Shown here: positions 56,398 to 64,000 of the stretch, one piece after another
How positions within the stretch are numbered: the first letter of the stretch is position 1
Layout of the letters: each line of letters opens with the position of its first letter
From: an uncultured delta proteobacterium
GTDB taxonomy: Bacteria > Myxococcota_A > Polyangia > Polyangiales > Polyangiaceae
Assembly: GCA_963841435.1 (NCBI GenBank)
Contig: CAWJCS010000006.1
Coordinates: 960,001 to 1,024,000 of the forward strand
Length of the DNA stretch: 64,000 nucleotides
Direction of reading: 5' to 3'
Program-made: the position numbers and the translations under genes
Notes under the pieces: generated by a model
Told to the model about the DNA's origin: nothing
The model's database searches: none
What the model saw: the letters and a program-made list of their open reading frames with translations, nothing else

Positions 56398-58023
56398 GGC
56401 GCGACGGCCTGCGGCGCCGCGGGTGCGGGTGCGGGTGCCGTGGCGAGGCGCCTGCCGACCCGCGCGTGCGCGAGCATGAACAATCCGAACCCCGCTAGCC
56501 CCCAGCCCAACGACGTGACCACCGCGCCGAGCATGGCGAGCTGCCGTTCGGGATCCGAGCGAGCGATCATGCGAAACACGTGCACGGCGTAGGCGGGCGA
56601 CGGAGATGCGAAGAGCAGTGCGCGCTCCCCGCTTTCGAACAGCCCCGCGATCGCCATGGCGATCCAGGGCCCCACGGCGGACAAGGAAGAGCGCGCCGAC
56701 GAGGGCCAGGCGAGGCCCCGCTGGCCGCTGCGACCGCGCACGCGCCCAGGCAGCGAACCCCGCCACGAACACCAGGAACGCGCCCAGACAACCCGCGAGC
56801 ACTGTTCCCGCGAGCGCGTCGTCGCGATCGGTCACGAGGAAGTAGCAGGCTGCCATGACGGCCCCGAAGGACCCGAGCACGAGCAGCACGAGCAGCCAAA
56901 AGGCGCGCAGCACGCCGGGACCGAGGAAGCGCCGGGCGCGCCCCGCGCGAGCGCGCTCCCAGCGCAGCCGAACGCGGTCCGACGGTGCGAGGGGCTCTCC
57001 CGCGAACAGGAACGCCACGAACAGATACGTGAAAAATAGGACCAAAACGGCCAGAATAAACCAGTCGACGTCCCTGACCGTGAGCCCGCCGAGCACGGCG
57101 ACCCCCGTCATGCCGACCCCTGCGACGAGCGTCCAGAGGCGCAGGCGCGTCGAGCGGTCGTCGCTCGGCGAGGCCATGTTGGCGACGGTGATCTCGTGAA
57201 ACAGCCACGCCGGGAGCGCCACGAGGGCCGCCGGGGCAAGCACGAGGAGCAGAAGGTACTCCGCGTTGACGTCCGCCCGCGCGTACGCCATCGGAAGCCA
57301 CACGGGCGGCCCCTTCTCGACCATCGGCCAGAGTCGATTCGCAGCGCTCGATAGCCCCACGCCGAGCCCGAGGTACGCCACGATCGAGCCCGGGACGCTG
57401 ACGAGCAGCGTGACCAGGATGGCGAGCGCCGGGCTCGAGAACTTCGAGCTCATCGCCAGGCCGAAAGTGACGCTCACGACGGCGATTCCGCCGAGCACGA
57501 CGAACGCGAGGATCACCTCCGCCGCCGTGACGCCCCCGAACAAGAACGGCAGCGCGCCGACCGGCGCGAGCATCACGAGGTAGAGCGATACATAAGTGAG
57601 CGACGCGAGCAGCTTGCCGCGCGCAATCGCCCGGGGTCCTAGGCCCGTGAGCTCGAGGGCTTCCCACGTGCGCCCGCTCCGCTCGGCGGCGATGGTTGCA
57701 GCGGCCATGGCGGGGCCCATCCAGGCGACCAGCGCGAAAGCGAGGGAAAAAAACGTGTGATAGAGCCAGGTGCCGATGCGCGCCGGCTCCGAGCCCGTGG
57801 CCGCGGCGACACCGCCGACCGAGGCGATGAGCAGGGTCATCATGCCCGTCGTCACGGCGAGGATCACGGGTGTGCGCTGCAGGCGGGAGAGCGCGCGAAG
57901 CTCCCGCATCCACACCGGGTTCGGGTTGCTCACGAGATGCGCGACGAGCGCCCGGAGCCGCGGCACCCCGTGCAGGCTCGGCGCCGGGGGCGGCACCGAC
58001 GCGACGCCGGTCTGGGCGCTCAT
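56394..58023 (-). CDS. ABC-2-type permease-like membrane protein; +1 frameshift at about 56685
   Basis: NPVWMREL, IAAERSGRTWEAL..T.L....I..GKL, many TM; C-terminal TM segments continue in the shifted frame to 56394. Confidence 0.85.
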
Positions 58024-59138
58024 GAGGCTTCTCCCCGGGTGACCTCGAGGAAGATTCGCTCGAGCTCGTTGCGCTCGGGCTCGACCCCCACGAGGGCCAC
58101 GCCGCGCGTCACGAGGTAGCGCACCACCTCGGCGACGTACCCGTCGCCGCCCACGTAGTGCAGGGTGAGCTGCCCGCCGGGGCCAGGCTCGACGCCGAGC
58201 ACCCCGCTGCCCCCCTCGAGCAGCGGCACCACGGGGTGCGCGTCGCCGAGCACGCGCAGCCGCAGGCGCTTGCGGGTCGCGACGGGGATCGGGACGCCGC
58301 CTGCCGTGACGCCGAGCTCGGCCCCGAGCGGCGTCGCCCCGGGCGCCCCGAACGCCGCCGTGGCCTCGTGCAAAAGGCCGCGCTCGCGCGCCAGGCGCTC
58401 GGCAATCTCGCCGATCGGTCCCGACACGACGAGCTCGCCCTGCTCGAGAATACCGACCGAGGTGCACACGTCGCTGAGCTCGGTGAGGATGTGGCTCGAG
58501 AGAAAGATGGTCTTTCCGAGCTCGCGGAGCTCGAGCAGGAGATCGCGCACCTCGATGCGCGCCCGCGGGTCGAGGTCGCTCGCCGGCTCGTCGAGGATCA
58601 AGACGCGCGGGTCGTGGAGCAGCGTGCGCGCGATCTGCAGGCGCTGCTTCATGCCCTTGCTTAGCGTCGCGACGAGCCGGTCCTCGAGCTTCTTCAGGTC
58701 GGTGAGCTCGATGACCGCGTCGACGACGCCAAGCTCGGGGATCGCGTAGGCGTCGGCGAAGAACTCGAGAAACTCACGCACCGTGACGCGCTCGTACACG
58801 CCTGCGTGATCGGGCATGTAGCCGATGATGCGCCGTACCCGCTCGGGCTCGAGCGACACGTCGATGCCGTCGATCTCGACGCGCCCCGCGAAGGGCTCGA
58901 GGAGCGTCGCCATGATACGGATGGTCGTGGTCTTTCCGGCGCCGTTCGGGCCGATGAAGCCGTAGATTTCCCCGCTCGCGACCTCGAAGTCGATGTTGCG
59001 CAAGACGTCGAGGTTGCCGTAGCGATGCACGAGGCCCTCGACGCGAATCGCCGGTGGCGCCGACGCCGCGGGGTACGAAGCCCGAGCCGAGGCTTCCGGT
59101 AGCGGGGGCGTCTCGCTCGCGAGCGTGGCCTCGGTCAC
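58020..59138 (-). CDS. ABC transporter ATP-binding protein
   Basis: GPNGAGKTT, LSKGMKQR, ILDEP, SSH. Confidence 0.95.
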   Translation of the reverse strand: MTEATLASETPPLPEASARASYPAASAPPAIRVEGLVHRYGNLDVLRNIDFEVASGEIYGFIGPNGAGKTTTIRIMATLLEPFAGRVEIDGIDVSLEPERVRRIIGYMPDHAGVYERVTVREFLEFFADAYAIPELGVVDAVIELTDLKKLEDRLVATLSKGMKQRLQIARTLLHDPRVLILDEPASDLDPRARIEVRDLLLELRELGKTIFLSSHILTELSDVCTSVGILEQGELVVSGPIGEIAERLARERGLLHEATAAFGAPGATPLGAELGVTAGGVPIPVATRKRLRLRVLGDAHPVVPLLEGGSGVLGVEPGPGGQLTLHYVGGDGYVAEVVRYLVTRGVALVGVEPERNELERIFLEVTRGEAS

Positions 59139-61198
59139 GGCACGCCTCCGAAGCCCACGATCCGCACGAGGACGCGATCCTGATCGACATCGAAACCGGC
59201 GTCGGAGCGCGTGCCCTCCCCGCCATCGAGCTGCGCGAGCAGCACCGGCACGTCGTCCGGCCAGAAGTTGACGTTGTTGCCGAGCGCCTCGAGCGTCGTC
59301 CAGGCACGGGAGAGCCCTTCCGCGTAGCCGTCGAGCGTCTCGGCGACGAACGAGGTGCCGAGCGGCCTCAGCAGGGTGTAAACGGGAGCGGTTCCGAGCT
59401 GCGGGGAGAGCGCCTCGCCGTCTTGCTCGCGCACGCGCTGCCCATCTTTGATCCGGGAAAAGCCGACGGCGGCGCGTCCTGGAGGCTTGAGCACGACGCC
59501 GACGAGGTCGCGCGCCGTGCGATTCTTGACGAGCACGCCTCCTTCGGCGTCGGGCGTGATGCTGATGCCACCCGCGAGACTGAGAAAGCCGTCCTCGCGC
59601 GCGACGACGGTTGCCCACGGCTTGGTCCGGAGGTGCTCGAGCCGCGCGCCGTCGCGGTCGACGACGAGTGTTCGCTCCACGAACGTGTCGCCCTGCGCGA
59701 CGTCGATGAGGTTGCCGCGCGAAACGGGCCGCACCACGATCTCGCGCGACGACGGCGCGTAGAACCCGCGAAAACGCGCGGCCGCGGCGCGCTCCATGCC
59801 CGCGCCGGCCTCGGCGAGCGTGAAGTGACGGGCGCGCCCGCGGACGCCCTTGCCGATGAAGCCGAGCACGACGATCGCGGCGAGCGTTCCGGCCGCCCAG
59901 AACGGCAGGTGCAAGAGCGCCCTCAGCGGTCGCCCGCGTCGCGTCGCAAGCCAGAAGCTCAGCGGCCCGGCGACCGCGGCGTAGCCGAGCAAGAGCAGTG
60001 CGGCGACGACGATTGTCCAGCGCACCGTTCGGTTCGGGTCCAGCAGGCTGCGAACGGCGTCGGCGCCCGAGGAGTCGAAGGCGGTGCGCCCGAGGGGCTG
60101 CAGGACGGCCGTCTGTCGCTCCCAGGCGTGACGCAAGAGGTCCGCGAGCTTGAGCGTCACCCAGCGATCGGACGCGAACGGCTCGCCGAGATCGAACGCC
60201 AAGAGGTGCAGCTCGCCCAGGCCGTAGCTTGCTACGGCACCCCAGGGGCTCGGACGCAGATTGCCGCCGGAGAATCCCTCGAGCAGCGCTGCCGTTTCCG
60301 CGCGTGGGGCGCGGCGCTCCAAAACGACGCCGTGGCCGCCGCCGAGCGGGCTCGCCGTCGAGGGTGCGGCGGTCGCGTCGGGCGCGAGCACGAAGTCCGC
60401 GCTCTCGAAGAGCTCGCGGCTGGCCGCTTCGCGCCTTATGGGACCGCCGGCGAGACGCGCCAGCACGTCGAGCGTGGTGTCCTCGGGGCGTTCGACGCTC
60501 ACGGCGAGCGCGCCCCCCGCGAGCACCCAGTTGACCAGGGCCGCAAGCTCCGGGCGCCCGAGCGTGGCGAGCTTTTTCGCGCTCGCGGTCACGAGCGTAG
60601 CGCCTGCGAAGCCCGCGGAAAAACGCGGTAGCATGAGGTCGCCCGTCGCCGGGTTGACGGGTGGCGTCGTGACGATGGCGGATGGGGCGCGGTAGCCGCC
60701 GCTCGACCCGCGCCGGACGGCGAGCGCAATGCCGCGCAGCCCCGGAGCGATGCGGCTCGGCGCGCTGAGGTCGACGAGCTCGGGGTCGTCGTGCTTGAGA
60801 TCGGGCACGACGACGGGGCCCGCGGTGAGCGCCGTGCCATTTTCGTCGAGCACGCGCAGCTCGAATTCGGCGGGAGTGCTCGAGAAGCCGTGGGTCGGAA
60901 GCTCGAGCGCAACGTGGGCGCCCGGGGCGAGCGCGAACGGTGCTTTCGTGAGGACGCGCGTCTCGGAGCGGGCCCACGCCGGTGTCGCCTCGAGCTCGAC
61001 GAACCCCGACACCTCGCTCGGGCGCGGGTTCTTGAGCCAGACGACGAAGCTCACCCAGCCTTCGGGCATCGCGGCGCCGGACCCGAGCGCCGGGACGACC
61101 TCCGCCGTGATGGCCGCTCGGGGTGGGGCGGCGCTCGCTTTCGCCGCGGTGAGCGCGAGCGCGAGCGCGACGGCAGCGAGAGCTCGGACGCGCGTCAC
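59135..61198 (-). CDS. Exported/membrane protein with glutaminase-like region (MoxR locus)
   Basis: Signal peptide, AALVNWVLAGGAL, two TM helices; coupled to both neighbours. Confidence 0.75.
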   Translation of the reverse strand: MTRVRALAAVALALALTAAKASAAPPRAAITAEVVPALGSGAAMPEGWVSFVVWLKNPRPSEVSGFVELEATPAWARSETRVLTKAPFALAPGAHVALELPTHGFSSTPAEFELRVLDENGTALTAGPVVVPDLKHDDPELVDLSAPSRIAPGLRGIALAVRRGSSGGYRAPSAIVTTPPVNPATGDLMLPRFSAGFAGATLVTASAKKLATLGRPELAALVNWVLAGGALAVSVERPEDTTLDVLARLAGGPIRREAASRELFESADFVLAPDATAAPSTASPLGGGHGVVLERRAPRAETAALLEGFSGGNLRPSPWGAVASYGLGELHLLAFDLGEPFASDRWVTLKLADLLRHAWERQTAVLQPLGRTAFDSSGADAVRSLLDPNRTVRWTIVVAALLLLGYAAVAGPLSFWLATRRGRPLRALLHLPFWAAGTLAAIVVLGFIGKGVRGRARHFTLAEAGAGMERAAAARFRGFYAPSSREIVVRPVSRGNLIDVAQGDTFVERTLVVDRDGARLEHLRTKPWATVVAREDGFLSLAGGISITPDAEGGVLVKNRTARDLVGVVLKPPGRAAVGFSRIKDGQRVREQDGEALSPQLGTAPVYTLLRPLGTSFVAETLDGYAEGLSRAWTTLEALGNNVNFWPDDVPVLLAQLDGGEGTRSDAGFDVDQDRVLVRIVGFGGVP

Positions 61199-62244
61199 TA
61201 GCCGCCCTGCACCGCGCGCTCGACGCCCTCCGGGCGACTGGGGACCGTCTTCACGAGCTCGTCGATGACGCTGTCGGTCGTGATGCCGTCGGCCTCGCCC
61301 TCGAAGCTCGGAAGGATGCGATGGCGGAGCACGGGTTTCGCGGTGCGCTTGAGGTCGTCGAACGCGACCTGCGCGCGCCCGTCGAGCATCGCGATCGCCT
61401 TTGCGGCCAGGATCAGCGCCTGCGCTCCACGCACCCCCGCTCCGAGCCGGACGGCGCGTTTCACGAGCGCCGTCGCGGCCGCTCCGTCCGGGCTGCTCGC
61501 GGCGACGAGCCGCGCGGCATAGGCGAGCACCGGCTCGGCCACGGCGATGTCGCGGCACAGCGAACGCAGCGCGATCACGTCGGCGCGCCCGAGGATTGGC
61601 TGCGGCAGCTCGAGCTCGTGCCCCGTCGTGCGCGCGAGGATGCGCGTTACGTCCACTTCCGACGGCTGGGGCACGAGCACTTTCAAGAGGAAGCGATCGA
61701 GCTGTGCTTCGGGCAATGGGTAGGTGCCCTCCATCTCGATCGGATTTTGCGTGGCGAGCACGAAGAACGGTTCGTCGAGCGCGTGACGCGTCCCGCCGAT
61801 CGTGACGGCGTGCTCCTGCATCGCCTCGAGCAGCGCGCTCTGCGTCTTCGGCGTCGCGCGATTGATCTCGTCGGCGAGCACGACCTGCCCGAAGATGGGA
61901 CCTCGGTGCAGCTCGAACCGCCCGCTCGCGCCGCCCTCGCGTCCGAGCGAGAGGACGTTGGTGCCGATGACGTCGCTCGGCATGAGGTCGGGCGTGAATT
62001 GGATGCGCGAGTAGGCAAGGTCCAGCGACGAAGCGAGTGTCCGCACGAGCAGCGTCTTGCCGAGGCCCGGGTTGCCCTCGAGCAACACGTGGCCGCCAGC
62101 GAGGAGCCCCCACAAGACCTCGTCGACCACCTCGGCCTGCCCGACGATCACCGTCGCGATCGCGTCGCAGAGCCTCCCGCACGCGGCGTGGGCGGCCGCA
62201 ACGCGCGCGTCGAACGAAGCCGGGGCGCCCGGAGCCGTGGACAT
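61198..62244 (-). CDS. moxR: MoxR-family AAA+ ATPase
   Basis: HVLLEGNPGLGKT, RIQFTPDLMPSD, LADEINR, ATQNPIEMEGTYPLPEAQLDRF. Confidence 0.96.
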   Translation of the reverse strand: MSTAPGAPASFDARVAAAHAACGRLCDAIATVIVGQAEVVDEVLWGLLAGGHVLLEGNPGLGKTLLVRTLASSLDLAYSRIQFTPDLMPSDVIGTNVLSLGREGGASGRFELHRGPIFGQVVLADEINRATPKTQSALLEAMQEHAVTIGGTRHALDEPFFVLATQNPIEMEGTYPLPEAQLDRFLLKVLVPQPSEVDVTRILARTTGHELELPQPILGRADVIALRSLCRDIAVAEPVLAYAARLVAASSPDGAAATALVKRAVRLGAGVRGAQALILAAKAIAMLDGRAQVAFDDLKRTAKPVLRHRILPSFEGEADGITTDSVIDELVKTVPSRPEGVERAVQGG

Positions 62245-62401
62245 CGGCCGCCCACGCTACCACCGGCGCGCGCCCCGGGCACCGGCTCGGTCATCGCTTC
62301 ACGAACCCGGGCGGAGAGCCCGGCGAGGCTTCTGCCTCGGCCCGTCGCTCGGTTGACGGCTCGCTTGTACGCGCGCCCGGGCTCTCCTATCCTCCCGGCC
62401 G

Positions 62402-62959
62402 ATGCGAAAGCTCTTGCTGCTGGGGCTGCTCTTGGTGGCGTGCAGCCACGCGGAGGAGGACAAGGCGAAGCTCGACGCGATCGCGAAGCGCGCCGACGAA
62501 CGCGTGGCTCAGGCCGAGAGCCAGGCAAAGACGAAGATCACCGATCTCGAGCGCGAGCTTTCGGACGCGAAGCAGAAGCTTGCCGACGCCGAGACGAAGG
62601 CCAAGCAGGCGTTGACGGAAGCGCAGGCGAGCGCCGAGGAGCAGGCCAAGGCGGCCGAGGAGGCCCTGGCGCGGGCCCGCCAGGCGTACAAGGACAAGGC
62701 CAGGCTGCAACTCTCCGAGGCCAACAAGGAGCTTTCCGACGTTGGCTCCAAGGCGTCCAAGGTCCCCGCGAAAGCCAAGAGCGCCTACCAGAAGGCGATG
62801 GCCGACGCGAAGAAGGCGCAGTCGGAAGTCGCCAAGGACATTGCTGCCTTCGACAAGGCCGCACTCGACGGGTTGCGCGCCCTGAGCGCCAAGGTCCAGC
62901 GCGACATCGCCACCATGAAGGCCAAGATCAAGGCCGCGAAGGCGAAAATACCGGGCTGA
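62402..62959 (+). CDS. Coiled-coil lipoprotein
   Basis: LLLVAC lipobox; A/K/E-rich helical body. Confidence 0.8.
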   Translation: MRKLLLLGLLLVACSHAEEDKAKLDAIAKRADERVAQAESQAKTKITDLERELSDAKQKLADAETKAKQALTEAQASAEEQAKAAEEALARARQAYKDKARLQLSEANKELSDVGSKASKVPAKAKSAYQKAMADAKKAQSEVAKDIAAFDKAALDGLRALSAKVQRDIATMKAKIKAAKAKIPG

Positions 62960-62972
62960 CGCCGCCCCGGCC

Positions 62973-64000
62973 TCAGGGTTCGAAATAGCGGCCGACCTGC
63001 TCGCGGTACTCTTCCGGAATGTCCGCGCCCTCGACCGCGCCCACCTCGGTGGGGCCGACGCTGCCGAGCTCCCCGGTGCCCACTTGATTAGCCGTCTCGC
63101 CCGGGCGACCCGGAGCGCGACCGAGCGTGGCACGGTGCATGGGAGCGCCCGGCAGCAGGTGCCCTTCGGTCTTGGAGCGCAGCTCCTTCACGTCGAGCCG
63201 CTCGGTGTGGCCGTCGTGCTTGGCGTCGCCGCCGTCGTCGCTCGAGCCGGGGCCCGCGCCCGGCTTACCGTCCTTTGCCGTCTCCTGCTTGGGTCCCGCT
63301 TGCGAGCCGCTCTGGCCGAGCGGTAGTGGGATCGCGCCGAGGGCGCGCTCCGCATCGGAGCCGCCGCGCTCGGCTTCGCCGAGACCCCGTTCGCGCTCGG
63401 CGTCGTCGCTCGGATCGCGCCGAGCGAGCTCTCGCAGCTCCTCGAGCAGGCGCTGCTCGGCGCCCTTTTCCCCGAGTCGCTTGGCGAGATCCTCCAGTTT
63501 TTCGCGCGTCATCGGTGACATCGACCCGTCGCCGCCCTGCTTCAGGTCCTGCTGCAGGCGCGCGGCCAGGCGTTGCCGCTCCTCCTCGCTGAGCTTGCCG
63601 AGCGCGCGGTCGAGCGCCTCGGCGAGCCTCCGCTGTGCCTCGGGGCTGCCGCTTTCGTTGGCCTCGCCGAGCGCGCGACGACCGTCCTCGTCGAGGGCGC
63701 CTTTCAGCCGGCGCGCGAGGTCGCGTAGCGCGTCCATCTTCGCCTCGGCTTCCTCGAGCTTCTTCCGTTCCCGCCCGAGCGCGTCAGCGAGATCGTTCGC
63801 GCCCTTCTCGCGGGCGGCGCGCTCGGCTTCTTCGAGGGCCTGCTTGGCGGCTTCGCGATCTTCCTTTTCGGCGAGAGACGCGAGGCGCTGCATCTCCGCG
63901 TCGAAGGCCGTGATGTCGCCGTCGCCGAGCGCGCGCGCCGCCTTCGCCGTGATCTTCTTCTGCGAGAGCTCGGACACGGCGGCGTCGAGACCGGCGCGGT
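62973..64000 (-). CDS. Coiled-coil protein ending in IPEEYREQVGRYF, 5' partial
   Basis: Frame is open to the window edge; the C-terminal P..YR..V..YF motif is typical of MoxR/VWA-locus proteins. Confidence 0.75.
   Translation of the reverse strand, partial: RAGLDAAVSELSQKKITAKAARALGDGDITAFDAEMQRLASLAEKEDREAAKQALEEAERAAREKGANDLADALGRERKKLEEAEAKMDALRDLARRLKGALDEDGRRALGEANESGSPEAQRRLAEALDRALGKLSEEERQRLAARLQQDLKQGGDGSMSPMTREKLEDLAKRLGEKGAEQRLLEELRELARRDPSDDAERERGLGEAERGGSDAERALGAIPLPLGQSGSQAGPKQETAKDGKPGAGPGSSDDGGDAKHDGHTERLDVKELRSKTEGHLLPGAPMHRATLGRAPGRPGETANQVGTGELGSVGPTEVGAVEGADIPEEYREQVGRYFEP

Noticed and set aside
55504..58467. Apparent 987-aa permease-DUF58 fusion
   Set aside because: Created by the +1 insertion near 56685; the permease ends at 56394 and DUF58 has its own overlapping GTG
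1..64000. Very frequent CTCGAG/GAGCTC/GTCGAC hexamers
   Set aside because: Explained by codon preference (CTC, GAG, GTC, GAC) rather than a dispersed repeat family

Overview
Very GC-rich chromosomal window with myxobacterial (Polyangiaceae-like) gene content, inferred from the Hanks kinases, MglA-family GTPase, PrkA and many Pro/Gly/Cys-rich lipoproteins. It is mostly core genome: about 45 CDS (tatD, etfAB, nadB, typA, thrB, argH, thiL, nrdJ, an M16 peptidase pair, prlC, acetoacetate-CoA ligase, plsB, ilvE and a MoxR/VWA/DUF58/ABC locus) plus tRNA-Met(CAT) and tRNA-Pro(CGG). I found no transposase, integrase, prophage or CRISPR array. Six clear single-base insertions (plus one ambiguous) break otherwise intact genes; three of them turn GATC into GAATC, which suggests methylation-linked consensus errors. 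The most interesting items are: (i) the 670-bp region upstream of nrdJ, with a highly structured ~360-nt leader, tandem NrdR boxes and a helically phased cluster of DnaA-box-like 9-mers; (ii) an MglA-type GTPase abutting a soluble PocR-like histidine kinase with no MglB; (iii) a 35-aa extremely basic, H1-like microprotein missed by the ORF track; (iv) a lipoprotein made of two chromo-barrel/Tudor-like domains; (v) a TetR-controlled, rifampin-phosphotransferase-like small-molecule kinase. All product calls come from motif recognition by eye, with no database searches, and none of these is proven to be a new system.
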